Shown piece by piece: positions 47,213-61,464 of a stretch of 64,000 nucleotides of DNA. Source of the DNA: Podarcis erhardii (Eukaryota). The DNA lies in assembly GCA_964252035.1 (NCBI GenBank), contig OZ176201.1, one strand, 5' to 3'. A model generated the notes under the pieces. It did no database searches and was not told where the DNA came from. It saw only the letters and a program-made list of their open reading frames with translations. Position 1 is the stretch's first letter, and every line of letters starts with the position of its first letter. The position numbers and the translations under genes were made by a program.

Positions 47213-50200
47213 TTTGTACTAACCATCTAAATTGTGCTTTGAAGGCCTAAACTCCACCATTTTCTTCTTCCTGTTGTTGTTGTTGTTATTAAATATATTA
47301 TTAAATAAATTTTTATACAAGTATCACAGGGCAGTTTACAAAATAAACCTTAGATTTAGATTTCAGCAATGTCACTCTTGATTTATCATGAGCTTCATTG
47401 ATTTCAATGGGACTAAAATATAGTTACATTTAGCAGAGTTCTACCCAGTGTGAATAGAAGATTGTGAACAGAAGTCCCATGATTTGACTTGATATCAGTA
47501 GTACACAAGCTCCTACCAGACCACCTGAAAAATGCTGAGAGTCTTGGCTGATTACTTAATGATTTTTTTGCCTGTTGTAGCAATTATAATATGCTGTGCG
47601 AGGTTCTGTATGGTTTTTCATTATACTTTTACTAACATGATATAGACTACCTGAATGAAGTTTGTGGAGCACTGATGGTCTGTTGACTTTGGATACCCCT
47701 GCACTATAGAACACAGTTTCTTTTGTTCCAAATATTCATCTCTGATTTGTATTGCTTCTGAATACCAATGAATATATTGGTCACTCTGTCCAAGTAGTGA
47801 TCATCTTGCATTTCAGTGTCTAAATTAAAAGCAAAAGATGGGATCCTTCTTTCTGCCGGCTGCAGCTGTTTGCATATCATTCTTCTGCTTGAGGATCAGG
47901 GATAACCCAGTTGTGTTTTGTCTTTGCTTTCTTAGAGACATTGCATCACTAGAATTTGAAACACCTATTTGGTCCCATGTTTTCTGTGATATGACAAAGA
48001 ATGAGTCTTCTACCTCCCCACCCCATAATTAACACTACCATCAGCGCAGGCAGTTTTCAAACCAATCTTTAACACTTAAAGCCTGCTCTTACATTCTCAC
48101 TCAAGGCTTTTTATAGAGGGTTTGTTCCACCTGAATGTCTAGCAATATATCTTTTATGAGAAAAATGTGGACTTGTCCTAATTCTGGACTTTCATTATAT
48201 AATAAAACTGTGCAGCCTATTATATGGTAAAACTGTGCAGATATATGCTAACCTGGTGCTGGAATCCCATCAAAGTTGGGATGTTCTGTGCCTCCAGGGG
48301 AAGAGAAATTCACACTTAGGGCACCATCACAAAGAAGGACTGATCCTGTGCCACTGCTTGGTATACAACAACTGACAGCAGGACAATGAAAAGCACCACC
48401 ACCACCACCATACTGAACTCAAAGCTGGGTCGGATTCTATAAGGAGAGGTCATTTAACAGTTACCAGGGTCCCAGGCCACCCAGGGCTTTATAATTTTGC
48501 AGGTTCAAAAAAATACATGTTAATGATGACATGTAGATTCACCTACCAATATGCTGGTGGCTGCATTCTGCACTGTCTTCAAGGGAAGCCCATATTCTTA
48601 TGGCACCTGCTTCTTCCTTTTTTCTACTATCTCTTATCCTGTCACTGTCTGCTTTTGAGACTTCTTAGTTCTGTTTACAAGAGGAATTTAATATCTGGAA
48701 AGTGGTAGACTCTAGAGGCATCATTACCTGTGTTCTCTTTATGTAAGAGCTTCCCCACAAGCTTCTGCTCACTTCGCTACTGTGTGTGCCTCCTCTCCCA
48801 TACACATATATTTTACAGAATAAACCATCAATGCTCATGTTTGGAACAACAAATGCTCCTTTCTTAGAAGTGTCCTAGGTGATAATATTAATTGTTTCCT
48901 TATACAGAACAGGATTCATTTAACATACACCATTAGTGGAAACCCTGCGCAGTGGCTGCTGCTGCTGCTGCTTGTTCAACAGGACTCTCTGTTCTCCCAA
49001 ATGTCCCCCAGAATAGGCTTGGTGTGTGTGTCTAGAGAACCCCAAGAACAACATGGGGGGAAGGGAGGGGGGATTGTTCTGCCTGGCAAGTTGATATGCT
49101 TGTGCAGATCGAACGTTCAACATAGTGCGACACCGAATTCTACCCATAGATTTCTAAGGAGACTTGAAATGTTTGGTGGCTAATGCTTTGGCTAGTAAAT
49201 TCCAACCTGTGCTGTTGTCCCTACCGAGCTATTCAGTTGGTGGGCTGGGGTAGGTTCTTTTTTTGTCTTTCATCCTTCCAGTTGTGCCATCATTCTTTCT
49301 CCCCCACCCTTTCTGCCCCGTCTGCTTCCTTTCTTGAGAGTACAGTTCATCTGTCTCTTTCTTATGTATGTACCATTCATCTCAGTCCCTTTCGCCAATA
49401 ATTTATTCCCCTTTCTCTCTCATACCAATGCTTCTGTCTTGCTCCCCACCCCATCTTTGGTTCTCCTTCGCCACCTATGGAGATACATGCTCATGGCAAA
49501 GTTTTATTACTTGAAGTGCAATACAGTACAAGATTGGCTGAAATCTAGCCTGCACATACACTTGCTGTTCCTTGAAAAGACAACTGATAATAGCCCTGTT
49601 GAGCAATAGAAAACAGCAGCTTTGACACCCCCCGCCCCAAGATCTCTTATATCCATTTAACTCCCTTGGGAAGAAATTTTCTTATGACTAAATGTAGGGA
49701 ATGACAATGCCAGCCCTTCACATTTCATATTGTTCTCCCTTTAGATGAACGTTCATACCAGGCTTCATCCACAGTGAACAGATGTTTTCTGCTTGCATAT
49801 GGCCAATGCTCCCACCACATGTGGGCTGTACAAGACCATGTGTTCTGGCATATTTATTCTCTTTTTTAAAAAATAAATAAATAAATCTCTGTATATTGCA
49901 TATTTTGGCAGAAGCATGCAGGTGAAAAAAAACGTCAGTGTTGCTAGAACAATGCTGTTTGTGCACCAAGAATTTCGTACACTTTGAAGGTGAGGGAGTA
50001 TATGAATACTTGGTGTGCTGATCTCCACTGTTATCCCAATGGGGGTGAAGTCATTCTGGCTAAGAGAACATTGATCTTGGCTGTGGGGTCAGGGAGGAAC
50101 CCAAAAGCTGTAGTGTAAATAAGGCTAGCTAATTATGATAGTAATTGTTGCTGTTCAAGTGAGACGCAGTAAGCGCAAAACACCTTCAGACTTGGGATAT

Positions 50201-52380
50201 GGCTATTTGTCTCTCCCTGCCCCTGCTCCTCATAATGAATAATTGGAGTAAAACTTGAACACACTATATACGGTAAATATTGTAAAAAATGTGGATGCTT
50301 CAGGTTGTAAAGAGTAGTCAGTTGACATTAAATGGGGGCCTGTAATATCTCAAGGGAGTAGAGTTCAGAGTTTCAGCTGACCCTGTTCCCAAAGGCAATA
50401 AAGGAACACGTTACTTTGAATGTGCTCTTTCAAATTTACCCTTTTCATGCATTGCAGTTTTGTGTGCGCGTGGGAGGGGAGGCTCTGCAGTCTAATGAAC
50501 AAAGCCAATCCTAGTGGTTTGAATAGATTGCCAAGAGAGACCAGAAAGAAGGGAATCCTCTAGAGAATGGTTTTTAAATATGTCCGCTGGGCAGTCTTGT
50601 TGCAAATCCTTCTCTCCTTTGCTTAGGGGATCTGCAGTGTGAGAAGTCGTGTATGAGAGAGAGAATATCTGTACGTGCATGTGGGCACTATCCAAGAGGT
50701 GGTCACTGTAGGCCCTTAAATTGGATTGATTGGGTAGAGGGGGGCTCGGACTATAAGGTTCACACTTGTACATTGTTGCACTTAAAGATTTTACCAAGTC
50801 TGACAGCTGTCACTTTCCAGCACATCTAGCTGTACAGTTGGGTGTGCCTGCTTGTGTGTGTTCTGGGGTGTAAGTTCCAGGAAGTGTGAGGGAGACAGCC
50901 GAGGTGTAAATTGCATGGTGGGCTATCTTAGTTTAGGTGAAAATGAAAAACTCACCCGCCTTTTGTGCCAAGGTTTCTTAGTTTCCAGCTGCTGGAAGAC
51001 TTTAAATCCCCCCCCCCCAATTTCTCAGAGGACATCTTGTAAGCTTATTTTCCCCCTCTGTTTCCAGCAGTCGGGCTTGTTATTGATTCCCAAGATTATG
51101 CTCGCCTTGTATTTGTCCTAACAGAAAGATTATGTCTTAAATTTAAATTGAAGCCTCTAGAAAAACCTGAGGAGTAATAAAATGTGTCAAGCTGAGGGTG
51201 CAGAGTTGCAAACAAAGGTACCGCTGCGAATGGGAAGTGTTAATTGCCAAGTGATGCACTTTGTTGCTTGGACCATTTTGCCATCTTGCCTTGATGTTTA
51301 ATTTGTTTTGTATTTCCTGATTCATATGATATTTAATTATTTGGATATATTTGTCATCCAGGTAAAAGAAATGTGCCATGGGTGTTCTTTGATGCAATAT
51401 AGCATTGCACATACATCCACAAAACCTTCCATTCTGAGTATTATAGGAACTTCTACCTATTGATAAAACATAGTCCTTTATAGCAAGGGTTTCAGCAGCT
51501 GTTTTAATTACATGAAAGCTCCATATTGCTATTTTCTCTCTCAGTAAATATTGCAAGTTAAAATACTACAGTATTTTTATATCTGCATGCAGTGAGTACC
51601 TGGGTCTTTTGCTTCAGCCAACACAGTATTTTCATTTTGCACTAATGTCATTCTAGGTATTTCTTTAAGTGCTGACTATCATTTGTAAATTTTGCATTCC
51701 AAAATGGATCAGTTCAGACGTTGATTAGCATATCAAGATTTGATGAAATTGTAAGTAATGATAATATGAAAATTCCATTCCTTTATTGCTCAAGAATGAT
51801 TCTACAAATTACATATTAATCCTATCAAAAGGCATGCACTGTGACGCCCTGTGATCTTAGAATTAATATTGGAAGCTGCTTCTTCTAAGGAAATGGTTGA
51901 AAATATTACTTATGACATTGGTCACTGCCTGTCCAACCAGAAAGGCTATTTTTTAAATATAATTGTACTACTCTATTACTGATGGAGCTGGCAGGAGCTA
52001 GCCTGAGCCGCTTGATTCCCTGATTAATCATCCTACTGACCCTTGGTGATCCCAATGGCATTGTTCACAAGTTCTTCCTCAGCATTATTGACTGCAGCTT
52101 GATATATCAGACAAAATATGGTCTCCCAGAGCATTGGTCTGATTATCATTGCAGAAATGTCCCATATTTGATGTACAGTACTAAATATCAAGAGCTATTG
52201 TGAAGTCATAGAAAACCTTTAAGGGGGATAAACTAGAGGCATGTGAATATAGGCTTGCCTTCTGCTGGGGCGCGGGGGGGGGGGAGCTACATGTCAGGTA
52301 TAAAAATTGTGTTAGGGGGCAATTTTGCTGAAGTGGCAAAATGTCTGGGAAAACCTGCAGGTATGGCACTATTTTTGTGG

Positions 52381-52742
52381 TAAAAAGGTAAAGGACCCCT
52401 GACAGTTAAGTCCAGTCACAAACGACTCTAGGGTTGCGGCGCTCATCTCGCTTTACTGGCTGATGGAGCCAGCATTTGTCCTCAGACAGTTTTTCCGGGT
52501 CATGTGGCCAGCATGACTAAGCTGCTTCTGGCGAAAGCAGAGCAGCGCACAGAAACACCGTTTACCTTCCCACCAGAGCGGTACCTATTTATCTATTTGC
52601 ACTTTGTGCTTTCAAACTGCTAGGTTGGCAGAAGCTGGGACAGAGCAACGGGAGCTCACCCCGTCGTGGGGATTCGAACTACCGACCTTCCGATCAGCAA
52701 GCCCAAGAGGCTCAGTGGTTTAGACCACAGCACCACTTCCCC
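52381..52742 (-). mobile_element. Full-length Sauria SINE, different subfamily, antisense
   Basis: Reverse complement reads gtggtgctgtggtctaaaccactgagcctcttgggcttgctgatcggaaggtcggtagttcgaatcc...gtcaggggtcctttaccttttta. Confidence 0.93.
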
Positions 52743-53740
52743 CAAAGAAGCTCAGCAACTTTTCATTTAAGTAGTGAAAATCCCCATGAGAACAGTCCAG
52801 CCAGGATTACAGAATTACATCAGAAAATCACAATATAAAAATGCAAATACATAATGAAAACAAAAACGAAAAGGATGCCCAGCAAACTTGATTAGTGTCT
52901 ATTTCTTGGTCTCCATGTAAACTATAACCCAGACTCTACCAGCTTAGTGCCCTTCAGATGTTTTATACTACAATTCCTATTAGCCCCAGCAAGCAATGGA
53001 GCTGTGGTCCAAACCTCCAGAGAGCACTAGCTTGGCAAATGTTACCATAACCCATTAAAGCAGATATCCTTTTTTCTACATTGTTGAAACCATTTCTTTC
53101 TCTAGGTGTCATTTCAGACAGAAGGTTCTCAGCAATTTCCAGTGGCTGCCATTCCACTTTCTACTGCATTTGGAATTGCATCCAAGCATCTCCATGTGAG
53201 GGATATAGCACTTTCCTCCTCCTCTTTCTCCCACCTCTTCATGGTTGCTTTTATTATTCACTTCCCCACAGATGTTGTTGCTTCATTCTGTCCCTGTCAG
53301 TTTTCTTCCAGCTTCCTACATATTGCTTTAACTGATTCATTGTTCTCCTCCTCCTCCCTCTGCAGTTTCATCATCGTTGTTGTAAATATGCACAATTTCA
53401 CTTTAGTGAAACAGTGCGGATCATCTTCACCACAGTGCTAAAATGGTGCTTGCCAGGGATATGAGTGAGGAGCTATAGTGCTGGGGACAGAGGACAGGAG
53501 ATCCGGAAGGGAGTGCATGTTGGTGTAACTTGAAAAAAATGGGTGAAATTTCACTAAGTGTTTGGTCCCTGTCTTGAGCAGCCCACCCGCCACATCTAGA
53601 TTCTGTTTAAAGTTACCTAGCTGCGCTGGGTGACTTAGAATCATTCCAAGGCTAAATGCCTGGTGCTTGACACATCCGCCACCCTTTCCCCTAAGAAATG
53701 TGTGTAGTGCAGAGGCAGGTATAAAGACTGCATTCAGCAG

Positions 53741-53957
53741 CAGTGGCAGGAGTGTCAGCACTGGCGGGAGGAGCACATCGCCCCCGTCACCATCGGGGAG
53801 GGGGGTACCACTGCAGCTGGCCCCCTAGAAATGCACCCCGCCCCACGGGGACACGTGCCACACCCCTGGGACGCACACCATGTCCTCGGGGATGCGCGCC
53901 AGCCACGCCCCTGCCTGCTCTCCACCCCTGGTGCCGGAGCATGCAGCTTTGCCGCTG
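53741..53957. mobile_element. GC/CpG-rich non-autonomous DNA transposon (hAT-like CAGYGGC termini)
   Basis: Termini CAGTGGCAGGAG and GCTTTGCCGCTG; abrupt high-GC, CpG-rich block. No 8-bp TSD found. Confidence 0.6.
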
Positions 53958-56900
53958 AGTGTGAGATACCATATTCACTGACAAGATATTTTTGTTCAGT
54001 GCAAGGTATCAGCAGAGAAGCTGAAGGTTACATCCTGTATGGTTCAGTATAGCATGGTGAGCTAGCGTGGTAAAGTGCTAGTGAATCTCTCTGTATACAT
54101 ATATATTTGCAAGGTTTACTTCCAAGAACAGAAGAATGGTATTAAAGTAAATTAGTTCATGATGTACCAACATCTTAAAAGTTTATGTAGATAGTGTGTT
54201 TGTTAGTCTTGTGCCCAGAAACAATAAAGACTTTAAACTGAACTGAGTGGGAAATGAGTTTTCTTAACTGGGAAGACTGGAAAAGGCTGACTAATGGATA
54301 GCAGGAAAACTCTGATGTTCTGCTGGAAGACATTGCTGGAGCTGTGCATACGCTGCTGATCACACTGGTTGAAGTGTGATGGGTCCAAAAAGGTTGGCAA
54401 CCACTGAACTCAGAAGTAGCAAATAAGCTTGGCTTCCCATGACAGCTGGACCTGGGATTGTGGTTTGTTTCACTCTAACAAGCCAGGATCACTAGCCAGC
54501 TTTAAAACATAGCATATTATTCCTGGCTTGTTGGGAAAGAATAAACACTCTCTACTAATCTGGTTTTGGATGTAATGAGAAGCCAAGCTTAATTGCGCCT
54601 TTCTTCCATTTGCACCAGGGAGGGAGTAATCTAGCAGTATTCTACTTGTTCCTGATAAGTGGCAATAAGCCAACAATCCTGATTTATTGTGATGTGCCAA
54701 CGTAAGTGTGGAGCTAGCAAAAATGGCTTCTATGGCAGAGAATCTAGGCAGAAGAATCCCAGTACCTCTCATTTTAGAAATGTCTGGAATGTCATGAATA
54801 TGGAAGATAAAAAGGAGCCAGTAGTGCAGGAAGCAGCAGACAGAAGGAGCCTCTGAAATTGGATTAGATAAGCAAAGAGCCAAGGAAAGGGTGGGTTGAG
54901 AAGGAAGGGTGCTGAGATAAGTGGGGATGGGGGGGAGAGCAGAGATGATGTTTTAAAATGATTTGAGGATAACTTTTATACAGATGTGTCCCCTGTTTCC
55001 TATCTTCACCCTTCTTGATGGCTAATAAAGTTTGGTTTGCAAGAGGGCCTCAGCTGATTGCATCACTGTTTTTGGTAGGATGGGGTGCAAAGAAAGGAGG
55101 GGGGGTTGAATTTAGCATAAACCAATGCAAAGTTTCCTGCAAATGCTGGGGGCTTCCATTTGTATTCTGTAGAGGCTTGTTACAAATAAAGAAAAAGTAG
55201 TAACTAGTTTTAATGAAGTGGAGTATTATCTCTGAGCAAAGGAGTTGTCATTTAATCAGCTCTTGCTTTTATGTATTTTGAATTGTGTCTAGTGATGCAG
55301 GAGTCATGACATGGAGAAAGGCTTTTTATAATGCTGGAGAAAGGGCACTTTGCTGTCTCTCTCTTTTTCAGTTCTTTAGTTCTTGGAATGGCTGGGTTGT
55401 GGCTAAAGAAAAGAATGGGACTAATGAGGAATAGGTTGCCTTGGTGCATATGCACAGTAAAGTGTCTGCTCTGATAGCTCTGTAATGCTTGCAATTTTAG
55501 TACCTGGCTTGAATAAGTGGACAGTTGTTTTCCATGCTGCCTGATCAAGAATGGGAGGGGGATCCTGAGTGCTGTATAAATCCTGAATAAAACATCTTCT
55601 GGCAAGAAGGATTAATTATTCACTTCCTATGATAGTGTAGGAATATGACCTATGGAAATGCCAAAGTTGAATTATGGGAAAGGATGTATAAAAATGACAT
55701 TCTTTCCACCTGCACACATCCACACTATATCAAAACACAAAATTATTGCCACCACCATTTTGTATTTACATAAACTACATGTTATGTTAACCATGCATGT
55801 TATAGCAACCATATCTGCTCATCTGGATTTTTTGTAGGGGAGGTGGGGGATAGAGTTTAACCCTCTTGTTCTTGTGAATGTTTTTCTACTGTTCGCCTCC
55901 AAAAGTGCTTTATGTAAGAAACATCACATTCAGCAGCAAGTAGCATAATTGGGGAGATATTTGTCTGGAATACCATACAGGAATGAATGGGTACTCCTAA
56001 ACTGGAAGTTGTGTTATGGCTAAAAATCAACCATATATGAAACTATAAAGAACGGCTTTATTAGGATTCCAGTGGGCCGGAGTGTTAAGAGCATCAATAA
56101 AAAATAAAGAAAAATAATGCTGACTTAAAAAAAAATGCTCTAGTCCAACAATTTACAAGTTTCAACTGAGAGCTTCCAAGGCAGGCTGCACAGAGATGAG
56201 TTACTGACCTTCTGCCCATCCCCAACAAATGAGAAAAACAGAGCAAAACAATGGTTAAGAGAACAAAATAACCCCTCCATGAACTTACAGTGTATGAGTT
56301 GCCAACTATAGACTTCTTGCTATAACGACATGTCATATATGCCTTAGCAACACCTTCCTTGGACAGGTACAACACAAAAGGTGGGCATTCAATATTTTCA
56401 TCTGTGGTACACTTGGTATGGCCCAAAGAGTTTATAATGAAAGGAAGGGAACTGGGCACTTTCTTCTGAAACTAGGCAGGGAGAAGTGGAGACAAACCAA
56501 TGACAGGGGTAACAGAGTACTTGCCGTACGTAACACTAATAAATTATTTCCCATCTGTGGGACCAATGTGTATACGTGTCATTTTATAACTGGCTGATGG
56601 AGTTAGAGGAAATCTCACAGGCTCCATTTTCAAGCAGAATAAGAATATTTCACCAAACTGGCTTGATGCACTATTTTTACTGACTTTGTTCCAATAGTAA
56701 GTTCAAAGTATTTTATCTCCAGAAAAGGTTGAAAGCAGGTAGGCATCCTCTTACAGGAAAGAAAAGAAAAATCAGCTCATCAAAACAACCCCCCCTTTTT
56801 TGCAGGAAAGTAAAGCCCTTGGGGAGTTAAACTGGTGCAGTTTTTGTGCCCCACGTGTCTTTGCATTCATATATGCACCACTCCTGTCTGTGTGCCCATG

Positions 56901-57439
56901 GAGTGAGTTGAGGGACTTTATTCTAAGTGCCAAATCCTGTTTTGTTTAAAGGTTAAATAATAAAATGAAATCTCTCTATACACTTTGGCGGTCCTTAATT
57001 CCTTTTTATTACTTCTATTGAAAGAGCTGTCACTCAGCAACGGGTGCGGGAGGCACTGCTATTTTCCTCACACCCTCTGTTCACGTTATTTCCAGAATGA
57101 GAACCCAAAGCAATAAGACCAAATCATTTAGTTAGTGAATAGGTGGGTAGGGATGCACGGTGCCTCCATGGGACTGGCTTGTAATGAGATGGTAGATTGA
57201 AAAAAAAGAAAGAAATGCAGCTTTATAAATAACAATACAAGCCTTGTACTGTACTTAGCAAATACAGCATAGCTATGAATGTCTGTAGCTTCCTTCCCTT
57301 AGGCTATTTGTGATCATTTAAGTGAGTCCATAGTGAGTTTTTAAAGTATGGCAAATATAAAGAATTCAGATTGTGTGTCCTGGTACATGCTTTGCAAGGG
57401 ACAGGGGAGGTTAATGCCTGTACATTTTTCATTTACCGG

Positions 57440-57530
57440 TACACTGCAGTCCTAGGCATGTGTACGAGAAGTAAGCCCCATTAAATTTGGTGGGGCTTAC
57501 TCCTAGGTAAGTGTGTGTAGGCGCAGCCTT
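57440..57530. mobile_element. Palindromic MITE-like repeat (GTAAGCCCCA family)
   Basis: Perfect 11-bp arms agtaagcccca / tggggcttact; outer arms ctgcagtccta / taggcgcag. Confidence 0.6.
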
Positions 57531-59009
57531 AGTGCAGCATCTAAAGCAGATACCCTTAACAATTAAATGAATTTCAAATTGGATTTAATTTTTAAATTCA
57601 GCTTATTTCAAATAATTTTAGGCCAGCTTGCAGTATAAAAGCAATTTTAAAACCTATTATAATTTTAGAATGTTCCTCAGACATCATCACACTTCAGTCA
57701 AAGGAGACTGATTTCTGTTTGTTTGTTTTTTTGTTTTTTTGTTTGAACATGGTGGTGGTGTGTGTTCAAATCCAGAATTGGCATGGTATTTACTGGAGTG
57801 GTTTTTAAATCACCTTGGGGAGAAGACACAGTTTCCAATAATGGGAAAAGCTGATTCATCCTATTTCAAAGCATGGGTATCTTAAATTATTTCCTGTTCT
57901 CAAAATTATTCCATTGCACAGAAGATGTAAATAAATTGCAATTGATAGTGATTATTTGTTTAATTTTTCAGTTGATTATCTGTGGTAGAACATTTGGAAA
58001 TATGTATTTATCTGCTATAGATAAGGAATATCTGTGGGTTGTATCCAGTTACACCCTTCCATGAACAGGAGCCCTCCTGTTTGCAAAAGAGTCTTTGATC
58101 TAGCATAGGCTAATGGAAGAAGAGGGGATGTGATTTCCGCCTGCAGCCATCTTCCACACTGTTCTGAATGGGCCCCTAGCTTTCTATAGCACATTTTCGA
58201 AGGTGATGGAACTGCAGAGTGATCATCAGCATCCTTCCTCTTTCATTTGTGGAGGTGGCTGCTGAATCAAAAGCACTTCAACAATTGGATTCAACCCCAT
58301 GGGTTTCTATGACAGCCATATTTTTAAAAATAACTAGGTTAATAGCTAACTAAATTGAATGACCTCACACTTCTGGGTTTGTGGGCGAACCAGGGGCAGA
58401 GGACAGACTCAGTCCCTGACCTTTCAGGAGCTGAGCTGCAGTCCAGCCCTGGGAGCCACTCCCTCTCCATTGAGATCAGTTAACATGGCAGAGTCTTCAC
58501 CCCTCCCCACAATTGGGTTTTGCCCTTCCTGTCCCTTATTGACTTCCTTTTCCTGGAAGTGCCTTTTCTGATTGTCATTACTCTTTGAGCTGAGCCTATC
58601 TTTCAGTTGAATATTTTGCTTCACCTTCTTCATCCAAATGTTCCAGGTCACCTTCCTTTTGCTAGAAGGGTCCTTGATCGTTTGCCATTACTATTACTCC
58701 AGTTTTAAACAAGTAATAATAATCTCATTATTGGCTTATAATTATTATATTTTTTAAAAAATTGAAATTGCTGAAGTAACGGGACACTACAGAGTCACTG
58801 CACTAGTCTTTAAAGTATTATTATTTCATCTGTTAATTGCCTTATACCCAAGAAGCCTCAAGGCAGTTTTCAACAATAAAATTGCAATGCGAACACCACA
58901 TACAGACTATACCAATAAGATTGTGTTTATATTGAGGAGACTGTAAAGAGAGAATGGGAGATATATATATGCTTATCATCAATGTCTCACCTGTTATGTT
59001 TGTAAGGTT

Positions 59010-59091
59010 CAGCCCGCATGGCCAATGATCATTAAGGATGATGAAAGTTTTAGTCCAACAATATCTGGAGGGCCACAGGTTTCCCATCCTT
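59010..59091. mobile_element. Right half of the hAT-type MITE
   Basis: catggccaatgatc...gatgatgaaagttttagtccaacaatatctggagggccacaggtttcccatccttg. Confidence 0.7.
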
Positions 59092-59342
59092 GCTCTAACA
59101 CACAGCTGGTGGAGTCACTTCCAATTGAGCTGGCTATCTGTTTGGAACCTGAAACTGCTACCCCTCTTTTGCTCACAGCAAGTGGGCAAGTTGACAGATC
59201 CAGTCCTTGTGTCTAGCAGAAGTGCATCCAAAGCTCCTTATGTAGAACAACAGACATAAAGTTTCCTTCTAGGTATGAAAGAAGCTGTGAATGACTTCTC
59301 TCTTATTTATTAATCAGCCCTCATTTGCAGGGATATGGATGA

Positions 59343-59530
59343 TAGGCAGCTGTCTTATACCAAGAAAGAAATTTGTCAGTTAGCTAAGTACTGTCTCCTC
59401 TAACGCATCAGCTCTCCAGGGTTTCAGGCAGAGGTCTTTCCCATCACGGTGCTGCCTGATCCCTTTTAGCTGGAGATGCCAGGGATTAAACCTGTGACCT
59501 TCTACATGCTAAATATGTGCTCTACAACTA
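59343..59530 (-). mobile_element. tRNA-derived squamate SINE (Squam2/Anolis SINE2-like)
   Basis: Reverse complement of the 41043 family: aggcagctgtcttatac...ctctccagggtttcaggc...ggagatgccagggattaaacctgtgaccttc...gctctac. Confidence 0.8.
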
Positions 59531-61464
59531 ATCTTTGATCCTTTTGCTAATGTTCATATTTTTCTTTCCCATGAGTGAGAGGTGAACAGGCTGCATGAAA
59601 ATCCAGTGATTTAAAATAAAATTTAAAAAGTATCCTACCCCTAGCATTGTTTTTCAACTTGAACTACTTCTGCTGATGCTAAATGCAGAGAGGTTCTCTC
59701 CTCACTCACCCAACACCCCCTCCATCATTCTCTATTCTTAGGCTACCTTCATTTCCCCTGAATACGAGTTACTAAGTCACTGATTTAAATAGTTCCTCAT
59801 TTGAAAGCCACATATTTACTGAACTAGTATTTATATTAATTTGGTGCTTTAACAATTAAAATATATTGGTTTGCAACTAAATAGAGCCTTTATACAGCCT
59901 AATATTATTATTGTTTTGCTTATACTGTACCGTACTGTATACCAGTTAATGTCAAAATTGGCTTCTAAGCGGCTTACAAGTCTAAAAACAACTGACACAA
60001 ACATTAAAATATATCCATAATTAATATGTACAATAAAACCAATTAAAATACCACAGCAATAAAAAGCAGAATGGCATCTCCTGAATCCTAGTCCTTAGGA
60101 TGTCCCCAAGTCCAGTTGGAATCCACAAGTATAAATGTCATTTATTACTTACAATGTCATTTGTAATGTTTACCCTCGTAAGTTTGATATTCTTTAAGCT
60201 CCCTAGTGGAACCAGTCCCAACGAGGCTTGCATTTAGTGCCAGAATTAAAAGGCACTAAATATGGACTGCAGTTGCCACAAAACAATTGCAACCACATTT
60301 TAAGGCTCCTGATTGTTCCTTTGCAGCCGTTCTTTCACTGTCTTGCATCTAATGTCATATATGACATCAGGTGTGGGGTGGGTGGCTCTGCCTTGGGGAA
60401 AATGCCTCATGGGCCAAATTATGATCCCTGCTGGGCTTAATTAGGCCCACAAGCCAGAGGTTCCCTACTGCTGTCCTAAATGCTAGTTGATAATGGAGAG
60501 AGGATAAATGATTGCAGATAAATGTAGTTTAAATGTTAGGTGTAAATTATTTGGCGAGACAGTCCTCACAGAAGAAATATCATCTTACAGCTATTAAGTA
60601 TGGGGCATAAATTTAGAAGACCAGGGGTGAGTTATTAGCCAGCACTGGCAGTTTACATTAAATTAGCTTTTAGGAGCCATTCACCACCCCAGAAACATAG
60701 TTTTGTCATAGAAGATGCTGCTTTCTGATATAATATGCTGCAGTACGACCTGATGATATAGATATTTTCTATAATATTTAATTGCATTTTATATCCCCTC
60801 AAATATATGGAAAGGGACAGTTAATATTAAAACAGTCAGTATTGACTATAGATGTAGTGCCCCCTCCCCGCTTTGGAAGGCTAGCTGCACTGGCTGTTTT
60901 AATATTGGAAGAGTCTAGGTGCTTGTGAGTCTAGGACTAATCAACTTTTAAGACAACAGGATCCTCCTAACCAGGTAGTAACAGCTCATAAAAGGAAATA
61001 GATGCTTTTTTGTGTTTTTTTAAGTAACCCCATCCTGATCCAAGATTTCTGCTTAGTGGAGCCCCATACTGCTGAGACTGAATTATGGGCAACAGTCCTA
61101 CTCAGGTTCAGCACTTCTGAGGCACTATGACATGAGATGAGCCAGTCCCAGAGTACTATGAGGCAGTATTTCAAGACCGCACTATTTATGAAAGGAGATG
61201 GTGTTGAATTCTTTCTGTTTGGGGCCTTAGGAATACGTCCCATGGAATATGTACCGTAGCTCTTGGCTGAATTCCTAGATGAAGAAAGCATAAACATTCC
61301 ACTAATGTGTTCATTCTTTTCCTCCATCGTTTCCTCTCTTCGTTCTTTACATAAGAACATACAGCCCCAACTTTTTCTAACAAAAATCCAGGACACCCAC
61401 CACCACCATGCCGCTGCCCCCAACATGTTCAGGCTGTCTTGGGAGCCTTCAGGTTAACTTAGAG

